DNA of 63,873 nucleotides, filler included, from Octopus bimaculoides (lineage: Eukaryota), in the NCBI RefSeq assembly GCF_001194135.2. It is 5 parts of 5 records of this genome, joined end to end, with 100 filler letters (N's around TTAATTAATTAA, not from the genome) between each part and the next. Parts side by side here need not be neighbours in the genome. Positions count along the whole stretch, not along the records: positions 35,070 to 62,032 come from NC_068990.1; positions 62,133 to 63,873 come from NW_026399313.1; 3 more parts are not named here. One strand, given 5' to 3'. The translations under genes and the position numbers were made by a program. Below are positions 51,036-63,873 of this stretch, piece by piece (the first letter of the stretch is position 1; every line of letters begins with the position of its first letter). The notes below the pieces were generated by a model. The model saw nothing but the letters and a program-made list of their open reading frames with translations, was not told the DNA's origin and did not search any database.

Positions 51036-51749
51036 GAGTATTATTCACACACACACAATTTGTCTCGTTCTCTAATTGTGATTCCAGTTAAAAGGAATAC
51101 AGCAAAGGGAAAAAGATGAACATTTGGTAACAAATTCACTGACGGTGTACATAGTTTTCATATTTGGGGAAACATACAAACAAAGTAGTTCTAGTCGTTA
51201 ACATTTCATCTTTTTGTATGACCGTAGCTACATTATCTGATCTGTCTTGATTTTTATAAGTCTCTGGTGTAATACATATGAGAAACACATGATATTGCGT
51301 TAAGGTGATCTCCTTGAAAGAAAGGGTTTCGTGGATGGCATTGATACCACGACACGACTGCAATTGTTACTCTCAACTCATGCGGGATAAAATCATCGAT
51401 AGCAAATACATTGTCTCACTACTTGAGCGCAGAAAGACTGAACTAAATTGTCTTCGTCATTCAATACAATAACTTCGCGTATTTCTCTCAGTTTGAAACC
51501 TTTATACAGTATTCAATATTAGTATACAATTTACACACGGTAAGGAGGATGCTAAATTTGGTTCTGTCGAAAATATAATTTGACTGGTACTTTATGTAAT
51601 TCAGACACGAAATAGGAAATGCCTAGATGCCATCAGGGCGTCCTACCAATTTTGAAAATGCCATCAATCTTTATGCAATATTAAAGACGTGGTAGAAAAG
51701 AGTTGAGTGAGTAAATAAATGGCATATGATATTCCTATCTACTTCTAAT

Positions 51750-51945
51750 ATGGCGAGCTGGCAGAATCGTTTGCACGCCAGGTAAAATGCTTAGTATCAT
51801 TTCGTCCGTCTTTGCGTTCTGAGTTCAAATTCCACTGAACTTCACTTTGCCTTTCATCCCTTTCGAGGTCGATAAAATATGTACCAGCTGAGTACTGGGG
51901 TTGATGTTACCCACAATTGCTGGCCTTGTGCCCAAATTTGAAAAT
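51750..51945 (+). mobile_element. SINE family B
   Basis: ggcgagctggcagaatcgt..gagttcaaattcc..gcctttcatccc..gaggtcgataaaat..gtaccag. Confidence 0.8.
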
Positions 51946-53538
51946 AATATGACATACATTCAAAGACAAATCACCGATGATCGTCGGGGGTGAGTTTATG
52001 AAAAGTCTCTCGACCTACTAGAAAGAGTGAACAAAATGTCATTAATCTCATCTTACAGCCCTGAGAGGGGTGTACTTTTGATGATCATTCTGTTTGATCA
52101 GGCTTGACTGAGGACTAAACAGCAGCAGTAAAAACAACAATATATCGGCGTGTAAGTGGCAGAATGTATGAAATAAACATGAAACGACAGATAAATCTAA
52201 TACTGGAGAAATAGAGAAATCCACTTAAGAGTATTCCTAACAGTTTCTCTCTCTCCCGTTATACTCATTGGGATCAACTGAAGTCTATGTTGAAATACAC
52301 AACCAAAGAGCCGCACTGTGGCACCGAACCGGGAATCACATGATATATATGTTCTCTAGTACAAACGTAAAGTGCTTCGTCTCATCAAAGAAGCCAATAA
52401 TACTTCGCATCAACAAATAATATATTTGCTGAATAGTATGAACAAAACAGTTGCTTCACTGTCAAGCTCTAAAGGGTTGAGTGGTGCCGAGCAGTGAAGA
52501 GGTTCATCCATGCTGGAATATCGTCGTCGGAGAGTTTATTGACCTCACTCGATGAGGGTGTGTTATTTACAGACATCATTTAAAGGGTAAAGGGGCAAGT
52601 CGTTGTCCGAGGTGAAATCTAAAAGCCAAATCCATGCATGTTCACGTTCAAATCCTTTGGAATGTGTTAAGAAAAGTTATAAACATCGTTCAACCGATAA
52701 TTGCTATTAAATTGTGGAAGAACATTGCATGGCAGACTCCGTAGCACTCTGAAAAAAAAAGTGCTTTGCTGTTATTCCTTAACAATCCTTCAGGTACAGA
52801 GTTCAAATCCTACTAATCTGCACTATGCCTGTTATCTTACCTCAGTCCGTAAAATAAGCTTCAATAATTGCAGATGCAATTGAAGCGCTTTTTCCTTGTG
52901 ATTCTATTAGAGATAATTATCATAAACTGATGAGATTTGTGGAGCAAGAACTAATATCCTCTTTCTTGGAGGCTAGAATTCGATTTCAATTTCGTCTTAA
53001 AAACAGTTTATTGACATTAGTAATACCCACAGGAAATGCATGAGCGTCACCACCTCCAATTTCCTGTTCTACAAGAGTATAGGGAAAGAAACTATATTGG
53101 TTTCTCTCGTAGATTAACAGTAATAAATTATACAAAAGGGTGGAAATCGAAATGATATGAGTTCAGTGAAGAAAAGTAATTAATTTATTGAAAGCTGTAA
53201 AAATATTACAACAATGGTGAACCCTAAAAAGATTTCAAACCAGATTAATTAAGGGCGTAGTAAAATGCTGCTAGGCATTTTGAACGGGAGATGTAGCTTT
53301 CATATAATACTCTAAAATTAATTGTTTCTAGAATCGGTATCAATTATCATACAGTCAATGGTAAGCAACAAAATATTTAATCACATCCAATAACTGACTG
53401 GCAATTTATTCTATCGACTCAGAAAAAATAGAAGGCCAAATAAAGGGACGTTATCAAGTGCACCAATGTATACATTCATACGTATGTATGTATGTATGTA
53501 TGTATGTATGTATGTATGTATGTATGTGTGTGTGTATG

Positions 53539-53606
<68 letters not shown>

Positions 53607-53813
53607 TGTCTTTGTTTGTACTCCACCACTACCTGGCAATCTAGCGGCTCGGCAAAATTGACAGACAGAATAAATACCAGGTTTTAAAATGTAACAAGAA
53701 AAGGAATCCATTGGTTTGACTAAGATTCTACAAGGTGGTACCCCAGCGTTTAATGGCTGAAACAAGTAAACGATATATATATATATATATATATATATAA
53801 GGAGAGAGAGAGG

Positions 53814-53873
<60 letters not shown>

Positions 53874-54254
53874 GGGTGAAGTTGAGAGAAATCCTAAGAC
53901 GTTCTAACCGTCAGCAAGGACTGCAGGTATTTTCCTCATCCATGACGTTATAATACGAATTTCCTCGACATGTACATGTCTACTCCGAGTCATTACGAAC
54001 TTTTATTCCTCGATTTATCTTGGTTTTCTGCAAAATGTTTGTTTCTGACCTCTCTTCTCTATTAATATAAATGACTTATTAACTGCAACACCCTGTTTAT
54101 ATCTTATTCTATTTTCTGTATGTGTGTGTGTGTACACTTGCATGCATGCAAACAAGTATACATATATGCATGTATGCATACATGCATACATATGTAAAAG
54201 TAAATGTGTAATAAAGAATCGTTATGTGCATGTATAAATACATAGTGACACTCT

Positions 54255-54530
54255 GTCGGTTATGACGTCGTCAAGTGTTCTATTTGATCCGATCAACGGA
54301 ACAGCGCGATCGTGAAATTAGCGTGCAAGTAGCTGAGCACTGCATAGACACATACTCTTAACGTAAGTTCTCTGGGAGAGTCACCGTGATACAGAGTGGG
54401 ACAAGGCTTACCCCTTTGAAATACAGGTAGAACTTATTTTTTCTGGTTGAGCGGACTGGAGTAATGTGGATTAAATTGTGTTGCTCAAAGAAAAAAGTGC
54501 GACGCACACAATGGAAATCATGAACTGAAC
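54255..54530 (-). mobile_element. SINE family C
   Basis: Colinear with 4875-5210. Confidence 0.7.
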
Positions 54531-54904
54531 TTCTTTAACTCAACATGATAGCAAACATGGTATTAAATAAACCAATAGAATTAAGCCTGTTTTGCTTCAT
54601 CTCTCATGCGAAGTCAAATTGCATATTTGAAAGTTAAAGCTATCTAATACCTTGGACCAGTAACTAAGACATCAACATTATAACCTACCTACATGTGATG
54701 CACTCCACTAATCTCGTTGTCCCTCTTTGTTTTATTCTATATCACTTTCTATCGGCCTTGGTTGCTACTATCTGTTTCTTTTTCTCTATAAATCTCTATT
54801 GCATATACTTTCTTCCCTCATCTCTTCTTTCAGTCGCTCAAATTCCTTTTTCCCGCCCTCTTTCTGACCTTCTCTCATTATTTATCGAATCATACTCGTG
54901 TAGA

Positions 54905-54958
<54 letters not shown>

Positions 54959-55319
54959 TCTCAAGCTTGTGTTTGACTTAACGTTCAATATTTTTTACAT
55001 AATGTCATCAAATCAGAAAATTAATCAACTCAATTTCAATTTTAATGATAAAAAAAAATCAATAACAACATATGTTTATAGTAATGTTAATTATCGCGAC
55101 ACCTAAATTACTTTCGTGTTCAACAAATTTTAATATATAACTATAGTTTTAAGAAATTACTTTCGAAAATATGTGTAATCAAAACCTCTATGCAATAACA
55201 AAATATATCAGAATATAAATATTAAACAGTAAAAGCAAAGACTATATACATAGTCTGACACTTTCCCGACATCAGATCCGATCTGCGTTAGATGAAAAAC
55301 TACAAATAATATTATTCGT

Positions 55320-55425
55320 GACATCGGCTTTCCGTGTCTTCTCGCTTTCCGGAAGCTGAGGCACCGGTTGTTGGTGGCGTAATGGCTGCAGTTTATAGCG
55401 GGAATAATGTTTGATTAATGTGAGT
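55320..55425 (+). promoter_or_regulatory. Housekeeping-type promoter and first exon; the encoded MAAVYSG matches the URB2 N-terminus as recalled
   Basis: Local CpG enrichment, TTCCGGAAG (ETS-like) at 55347-55355, ATG GCT GCA GTT TAT AGC GGG at 55382, and gtgagt at 55420. No downstream URB2 exon was found in the window. Confidence 0.4.
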
Positions 55426-56927
55426 TCGTTCACTTGTATTTCTCAAAGCGAAATTTTATATGGAAAAATAGACTAACGTTCGGGCCGACTAGAGACCCTC
55501 TACTTGTTTCTTCCACTAGAAGGAAATACGAGCCAAATCTTACTCAAGCCATGCTCTGTCAATTTCTTTTTTTTAAATGTCACATTGAAGTATGGGTTGT
55601 TTGTTAATAACCGAAATGTATATCCTCACAGGCCTCTTCGATCAGGCTTAACGACAACGACAACAACAGTATCAGCAGAAACAACAATATCAAATTAACT
55701 GGTGCATACTCAAAGGAGTTTCAAATGAGAAAAACATGCAAAAATCACTAACACTTGACGATAGCAGTAGCAGTAATAGCAGCACCACCATCATCAATCG
55801 AAGCTGAAAACAAAGCCAGAGTGAAATGACTGACTTGTCCTTTGATGAATGCTTAAGATTTATTACATATTACAAGACGATTTGCACATGAGAAAGAAAT
55901 CTATAGTTGCCAAAAGCTATTTGCAAACATTTCCAGCACTAATTCGTCAGACATATTTTGAACTTGGCTAAATTTTTGTCTACTGAAGATTATTTTTCCC
56001 CTCCATTAATCTCTCTTGGAAGCATTGAACAGCGTTCGCGTATAATCAATATACATGGCTACTGCATAAATTCATAATGGGTTTCTAAAAGTTTCTACGT
56101 ACAAATTTACTGGAATTGTGGTGCCTTATTCCAATTTGAACAAATAAATAATTGTAAAAGTATTACTACTAAAAATAATCTTGATACTTTTACTAATACT
56201 ACCATAACTTTGGAGCATCTTCTACTCAGCAACACAAGTAAATGATGAAAGGTAATAACAAATAACATTTCATGGCATGGAGAAAGTGAGGTGGAGGTGT
56301 GAAGGATATAAAAGTTGTATGCAATGAAACAAAGGTGAGAGTAGTAAAGTTATTTGGCAATGAATAAGTGTGAAACGATAAGAACTGCATTAAAAATAGA
56401 TCAGGAGAGAATAGGTTTCCATTAAAAGGGAGAAGAATATGCTATAGTCACTGTTGGAATGTAGGGTTTGATAATGGAAAGATCGGAAAGTCATGAGTAA
56501 GGCTAAAGGTTTTATGGAAGGTAATTTAAAACAAATTTGAAAAAGCAAATAAAAATGCTTGGGAAGAAGTAAAGATTTACGTATAAAAACAAGCATAGAA
56601 TAATGGATGTTTATCCGGCAATATGGGTTAAATAACTTTTGTCCTATATTTGCCAAAAAATAAAAGGATAAAATACTTATATAAATAATATACCAAGAGA
56701 AATGTAAGCAGCTATTTCAGACTTTTCCTAAAATACGTATTGGAAATATAAACCAACAACTAATCATGTATTGATAGTATGCAAATCATTGGATGCAATT
56801 AATTATAAGATAATGAACCAATCCCAAGGAAGCTTGAGGTGTAGGTATATTAGGAAGAAGGGCATAATGGATTAGCATTTTGTAGAAGAGGTAGATCGGT
56901 TGCACTTCCTTACTGAGAAAGCGAACA

Positions 56928-57275
56928 TATTGGGTCAGCCCAATAATTTTATTCAACCAGGGTTTGGAGGACGTTCTTGTCGAACTCTACAGATCCTCCA
57001 AGGCGAGGCTCGTCTTCTAGGTTGTTGTTTCTGGATCGGACTTTCTGGAACCACCGTTGACACTGACTTACGCTTATTGTCGATCCACATATACTGCATT
57101 AAAATTCCTCGCACTTTCCGTTGCGTTGTTTCCTTTATTGAACTCATAAAGCAAAATATGTCGAATATACTCCTTTGTCACTTACATTAGAGCTATGAAA
57201 AATAACTGTTAAAATCGGCTGTGCACTCTTCAAAACTTGCACTAAGAATAAGGACAAGATAAAATTACTACCTGT
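56928..57275 (-). mobile_element. Mariner deletion derivative (transposase N-terminus and TIR)
   Basis: Minus reads TISVSQCQRWFQKVRSRNNNLEDEPRLGGSVEFDKNVLQTL. A TIR-like tattgggtcagcccaataat starts at 56928. Confidence 0.75.
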
Positions 57276-57939
57276 TTTTATAGCAAGTTGATGCAAGTAG
57301 TTTATCTCAACCCCCTCCGACTTTTAGTTCATGCGATTGACCCAATATATTGGCAAGCATTCTGAATATCAAATGCATGTAATCACCAGTTCCAAAAAGG
57401 TTAATATTATTTTATAAATTATTCTTAAGAAAGCATACTGGCTAATATTATGGCCAGACTAAGTTGGAGACACATTTGGGAATATGGTTTTTCTGAGGAG
57501 GAATCAAATAATAACATTTGAAACTTTATTAACAAAACAGAATGCCGGTTAGATATGAAGAATTATTCCAGTGGAGAAATCGCTGCTTCTAAAAGACAAG
57601 TGTTTGGTCATGAAGAGAAATTCATTGACTGAAGAAGTATATGTGAAATACGGAAGTGTGAAAAGCAAGCCAGCATTGATAAGTATAATCCAGAACTAAA
57701 GTTGATTTTCTTACTTGAAATATTCCAAAGTCTTACCATGACAATTGTAGGAGTTAGGAATATATCTGGTCGAACATTTGACACATGTAAGAATAAGATT
57801 GATGAGAAGTGGTTTTGATTTGGCACAAAATAAATAGTTTTCGAGGATTAGTATAATCGGATGAATTAAAGATTAACAGTAATTTTGCTAGCGACCGTTT
57901 AAAAGGAAATTACAGTGAACCATAGGATGCATACCATGC

Positions 57940-58035
57940 AGATGTGTTTTCCAAAATTCATTCAACCTACTACATTGGGCTAACAGAAAACTTATTCAAA
58001 CGCCGCATTAGCACAGTAACTCATTCTGCCGACAC
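57940..58035 (+). mobile_element. GIY-YIG endonuclease remnant (Penelope-like)
   Basis: STYYIGLTENLFKRR resembles the PLE YIGxTExxFKxR motif. Confidence 0.55.
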
Positions 58036-59444
58036 GTATTCAATAATACACGTCTTAATGAATTTTGATAACAAAGGATGCATGAATAGGAAGACGCATG
58101 TGACGTGGTACACGTCATCGATTTGCCAGTGTTGTTACTGTATCATTTTTACCCGACCGGACATGGCCGTTACCTAGTATAGCACGTGGTGGTAAACATA
58201 CAAAATAAATTTAGTAAACCAAGCTGGGCTAATTCCTCATAGCACTAGATCAGCTATGAAAAAATATAGCAGAACAGCGAGTTTTGAAAAATATTTAACT
58301 CTTAAATATTATAAGCACGAGAATCAACCTAAATATATTTGATACTATCCATATACAGAATTGATACATAAGCATCAAAAAATAAATCAACGGTAATTAA
58401 GAGCTCAATTAATATAAAAAGAATGTCGTTAAAAACCGACAGGTTATTTACATTGCATTAAATGCAAGTGAAACCAACTATATACGAAATTTATACTTTC
58501 TACTTTCCTGCTGTATTTCATGAAGATTATATCTGATTTATAATGATATATCTGATATAATGAAATTCTACACGTATTTTGAGAGATTGATATCGCAATA
58601 AATGTTGCATGGAATATATTTTGTTAAATTTTCATATTCAATTAGAAGATGAAATTTAAGTGAACTATTTGTTATCGGTAATGCAACAGTTGAGAATACT
58701 GTTTCCTGGAAACATAGGACTGATCGAAATTACAATTGTTCGAATGAAAAATTAACCGAATTAAGGCAAATATCATTTACTTGTGTCAATCATTGGTCTG
58801 CGACTATGCTAAAGCATCGCTATGTACGTATATTTAAGCAAATCTATCCCGGTACAAATTTTATATCTCGTGTTTGTTCTTTCGGTCTTTTTTTATGGTA
58901 CCTCTATGTTACAGGGACGTTAAAAAATCGATATTGGTTCACACACTGAGGGGGGATTGTACTTGGTTGAACTATAATAGATACTGCAGACCGGGTGAAT
59001 TGGATATCTCTCGGCATTAGAACGTGTAAACGAAAACAATACCTTCATTGGACTGCAACATTGGTGAGGCACCACTTTGAATGATTTAGCCGACTGAATT
59101 GACACTACTACGTAGTTTTCAAGCTTGATACTTATTCTAACAATCTCTTTTGTGAAACAAAACAAAGCATTGGGCGTGGGGACAACCATAACACACAAAC
59201 ACACACAAACACACACACACGTATATGCGACGGTTTTCTTTCGGTTTCCCTCTACCAACTCCCCTCCCAGGGCATTGGTCGGCCCAGAAAACAAGAAAAC
59301 ACTTGTTCAAAATACCACACAGTGGGATTGAACTCAAGACGATATGGCTGGGGAAGAAATCTTCTTAATCACACAGCCATGTCTACATCTTACGTATTAA
59401 TACGTAATTGTGCGAAATGAATTTCCTATTCTTTTATCCTTTTA

Positions 59445-60075
59445 TTCATTTACTTGTTTTAGTCATTTGACTGCGGCCATGCTGGAGCGCCACCTTTAGT
59501 CGAACCAATTGACTCCATAGACGTACTCTCTGTAAGCCTAGTATTTATTCTATCGGTGTCTTTTGCCGAATCACTAAGTTACGGGGACGCAAACACACCA
59601 GCATCGGTTGTCAAGAGATGTTTTTTTTTGGGGGGGGGGAACATAAACACACATGCATATAATTATATATATATATACGACGGGCTTCTTTCAGTTTCCG
59701 AATATCAAATACACTCACAAGGCTTTGGTCAGCTCGAGGCTATAGTAGAAGAACTTGTCCAAGATGCCAGGCAGTGGGACTGAACCCGGAACTATGTGGC
59801 TGGGAACCAAGCTTCTTATTTCTTTATTGCCCACAACAGGCTAAACATAGAGGGGACAAACAAGAACAGACAAAGTGATTAAGTCGATTGCATCGACTCC
59901 AGTTTGTAACTGGTACTTAATTTATCGACCCAGAAATGATGAAAGGCAAAGTCGACCTCGGCGGAATTTGAACTCAGAACGTAACGACAGACGAAATACC
60001 GCTAAGCATTTCGCCCGGCGTGCTAACGTTTCTGCCAGCTCACCGCCAAGCTTCTTACCACACAGCTACTCCTGC
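59445..60075 (-). mobile_element. SINE family A with SINE family B (59819-60045) inserted near its head
   Basis: The 12-bp TSD ccaagcttctta occurs at 59807-59818 and 60046-60057, and SINE A resumes after it. Confidence 0.85.
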
Positions 60076-60948
60076 ACTTATATGCATGTTATTTAATTTA
60101 TCGTGATTATAATTTAGTTTACTTTAATCCTATTTTATTTAAACATGATTATAGTATAATTCATGATAGTCATTCATAACAATGATAATTTTGCAAGGCT
60201 GTCATTAAAAATAAAATATCTCATTGATAGAAAAAGAAAAGATGCTCCGGAAATATAAATATTTTATCAAGGAATACAAACAACGAATTTGTACCTGCAG
60301 CTCTGTCAACAACCTTGACCCTACAGGAAAACGTACTACAAGAAGCCATCCTTATGTAATATGCAAAGTCATTCATATTTTTTCTTTTCTGTTCCCCTTT
60401 TTTGTGCGTGTGAATATAAAATACTATAATAGCTACTGTTACACTAAATACACGATTTCAGCGCTATTAGAGGTTGTATAACTTATCGAAAGCATAGCAT
60501 TGATACTGATGAGAATAAGATTATGATGGTAATAATGATGTCGATAATAGATTGAACTTACCATATACCTTCGCTGTTTTTAATATGATGTATGTCAGAG
60601 ATTACAAAGATATATATATCCAAAACCAAGTTGTTACTCAACCCGCGCCGGAACCGATTTTATTATTATTAATATTTTTATTATTATTATTATTGTTTTC
60701 TTCTCAGAACGTTCGGGCTTCTTTGTTCTGGTAGATTCTGTGAGAGCGGACAGCAGTCTGCTGTCAGAGGTCTCACAGTTGAACACTGATGTAGATTAAT
60801 CGATTAATCCCCATCCCCACAATTGCTGCACTCGTGATCAAATTTGAACCTATTATTTGTTATCATTTGTTGTTGTTGTTGTAGTGGCAGTAGTAGCAGC
60901 AGCTGCAATAGTAGCAGCAGCAGCAATAGTAGCAGCAGCAGCAGCCGT

Positions 60949-60985
<37 letters not shown>

Positions 60986-60999
60986 GTAGTAGTAGTAGT

Positions 61000-61170
61000 T
61001 AGCACGCTGCTAAGCATTTAGTCTGTCTTTATACTTTGAGTTCAAATGCCGCCGAGACAGGCTTTGCCTCTTATCCTGTCAAAGTCGATGAAATAACTAG
61101 GAGGTGAACGTAGGGGTCGGTGTATTCAACTAGCCTCCGCCCCTCAAAAACTGTTGGCCGTGTCCCAAGA
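61000..61170 (+). mobile_element. SINE family B fragment followed by (TAT)n
   Basis: ttagcacgc..gagttcaaatgccgccgag..tttgcctcttatcctgtcaaagtcgatgaaataa. Confidence 0.65.
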
Positions 61171-61248
<78 letters not shown>

Positions 61249-61682
61249 GCCGCTGCATGTATATCCCTCATCTTGCTAAAAGTTAATAAGAAAAATGTTT
61301 AATCATCTTCAAAGATATTGATTTTTTAGCAGCTGATAGTGAAGTTTCGTGACATGTTCCATAAATATTTTTGGTTTTAGTTACCATCAATCGATCTTTG
61401 CTTGTGAATCTATCAAAACAGGATTTAAAGGCGTTTCGTCATTTTAGGTAAATCTTCTGATCGAACAAACGAAAGAAAGTAAGACAGCTAACTAAAAATG
61501 TATTCAGTGGTGCCGGTAAACCGAGCAAAATGTATTAATATTTTGCAGCGTAATTATTGAAATTTCAATTGCAGATAGCAGAGTTCTGATTAAATTAATA
61601 TTTCTGGATTTTAATGTGTTCTGTTAAATTTGTTTCTAAATTGCTCTGCTGAATATTAGAATAATTTAGGTTATTATTTTAG

Positions 61683-61764
61683 CCGAAATTCAGCAACTGG
61701 ATCGAAGTGCTAAGGAAACAAACTGCTGATCAAAACATTGCTGTTATGCATCTATTAGTCAGCA
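61683..61764 (+). CDS. Weak candidate exon (PKFSNWIEVLRKQTADQNIAVMHLLVS)
   Basis: ttattattttag| acceptor, an open frame and a weak |gtatat donor. No homology recognised. Confidence 0.15.
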
Positions 61765-62132
61765 GTATATGTTGAAGAGCAACTAGTTCGTATTACTGTT
61801 CCCAGAGAGCTACACCATGATCAAAAGAATAATCATTGGTTATAGTTTACAAGAGAAGGTCAATCACTGATTTATTGCGTTTACAATGGGAAGAGTGACA
61901 AAGGAACGGTTTCGCAATTCAGATTAAATGAATACAAGAAAGTGTTTATATTTGAACGTTCGCTGTATATTGGCTTCTCTAGGATGTTCGAATCTTTTAG
62001 AGCCACCCACCCACCGCATATATATATATATANNNNNNNNNNNNNNNNNNNNNNNNNNNNNNNNNNNNNNNNNNNNTTAATTAATTAANNNNNNNNNNNN
62101 NNNNNNNNNNNNNNNNNNNNNNNNNNNNNNNN

Positions 62133-62169
<37 letters not shown>

Positions 62170-63161
62170 CATATATGCATGTGTGTGTGTGTCTATATAT
62201 ATACACACACACACACACACATGCACATACACACACAGAACAGACTTCTACTTAGTTTCCGTCTACTCAATCTGCTCAGAAGGCTTTGGTTGGCCTAAGC
62301 CTTGTAAGTAATAGAGGAAACCTGTCCAAGGTTCCATGTAGCAGAACTGAACCCAGAACCACGTGGTTGGGGAGCAAACCTCTTAACCACACACCCCACA
62401 GAAAACAGAAATAATTGAATAAGATAAAATAAAGATAAAAACAAAATAGAGAAGATGCTTGTCGTGTTAACTCCTTCGATCATAGATCCATCTACCAGAA
62501 AAGGACCAGACCTGGAAACAAAGCCTCCCCACCAAAGAAACAAAAAATAAACAACAACAAAACTCTGCAATGACAACAAAGGACCATCNNNNNNNNNNNN
62601 NNNNNNNNNNNNNNNNNNNNNNNNNNNNNNNNNNNNNNNNNNNNNNNNNNNNNNNNNNNNNNNNNNNNNNNNNNNNNNNNNNNNNNNNNNNNNNNNNNNN
62701 NNNNNNNNNNNNNNNNNNNNNNNNNNNNNNNNNNNNNNNNNNNNNNNNNNNNNNNNNNNNNNNNNNNNNNNNNNNNNNNNNNNNNNNNNNNNNNNNNNNN
62801 NNNNNNNNNNNNNNNNNNNNNNNNNNNNNNNNNNNNNNNNNNNNNNNNNNNNNNNNNNNNNNNNNNNNNNNNNNNNNNNNNNNNNNNNNNNNNNNNNNNN
62901 NNNNNNNNNNNNNNNNNNNNNNNNNNNNNNNNNNNNNNNNNNNNNNNNNNNNNNNNNNNNNNNNNNNNNNNNNNNNNNNNNNNNNNNNNNNNNNNNNNNN
63001 NNNNNNNNNNNNNNNNNNNNNNNNNNNNNNNNNNNNNNNNNNNNNNNNNNNNNNNNNNNNNNNNNNNNNNNNNNNNNNNNNNNNNNNNNNNNNNNNNNNN
63101 NNNNNNNNNNNNNNNNNNNNNNNNNNNNNNNNNNNNNNNNNNNNNNNNNNNNNNNNNNNNN

Positions 63162-63247
<86 letters not shown>

Positions 63248-63532
63248 GTAGTAGTAGTAGTAGTAGTAGTAGTATTATTATTTTATTATTATTATGTATC
63301 TATTTATTCATTTCGTAATATATTTTCTTTTAAATTATCTACTTTTTAGTCTTCTCTGTTACTATATTCATAGCATCACATCAGGATATTATATTAGATT
63401 AAACATTTTATACATTTATATATATATATATATATGTTTGCATGTATATATATATATATATGTGTGTGTATATACATACATATGTGTGTGTGTGTTTGTG
63501 TGTGTCCATATATATATGTGTGTGTGTATACT

Positions 63533-63563
<31 letters not shown>

Positions 63564-63819
63564 GTGTGTGTGACAGGAATTTTTTCCTTTACATTTTTAA
63601 TAAATTCAATTTCAAACTAAATTTAAGAATGTAATAATATTCTCCATCTTTCGTTCATTCTTTCTTTCTTTCTTTCTTTCTTTCTTTTTTTCTCTTCGAT
63701 TCTATACCGGAAATATAGGAAGACAAATTTAGAAATACACACATGCATTATGTTTCACATATCTATCTATCTATCTATCTATTTTTTTATATGTCTGTCT
63801 ATCTATCTATCTTTTCATC

Positions 63820-63851
<32 letters not shown>

Positions 63852-63873
63852 TCTATCTATTTCTGTCTATGTA

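Noticed and set aside
1-63873. CRISPR arrays, rRNA, intact tRNA or snRNA genes, prokaryote-like operons
   Set aside because: No regularly spaced repeat-spacer arrays or recognisable structural RNA genes were seen. The tRNA-like segments are SINE heads.

Overview
AT-rich, microsatellite-dense, gap-riddled eukaryotic genomic DNA. From the repeat families and gap style it is most likely an Octopus assembly (inference). Nearly all ORFs in the supplied track are microsatellite or N-gap artefacts. The supportable content is mostly transposon debris: RTE-clade LINE RT fragments and 3' tails, three tRNA-derived SINE families, Tc1/mariner remnants, a piggyBac transposase pseudogene plus TTAA MITEs, Helitron pieces, Penelope-like (PLE) repeats and several fold-back elements. 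A CpG-depleted domain (~14-33.5 kb) suggests a methylated gene body. Only one strong small exon (28372-28428) and a few weak exons or promoters are visible there, and I could not name the gene. A promoter-like site at 55.35 kb starts a peptide (MAAVYSG) matching the URB2 N-terminus as I recall it. The best hunt result is a near-canonical type I hammerhead ribozyme (7262-7312) inside a 344-bp repeat unit (retrozyme/PLE-like). A second hammerhead family is half hidden in an assembly gap, and there are several minimal-hammerhead relics. Coordinates of degraded repeats are approximate.
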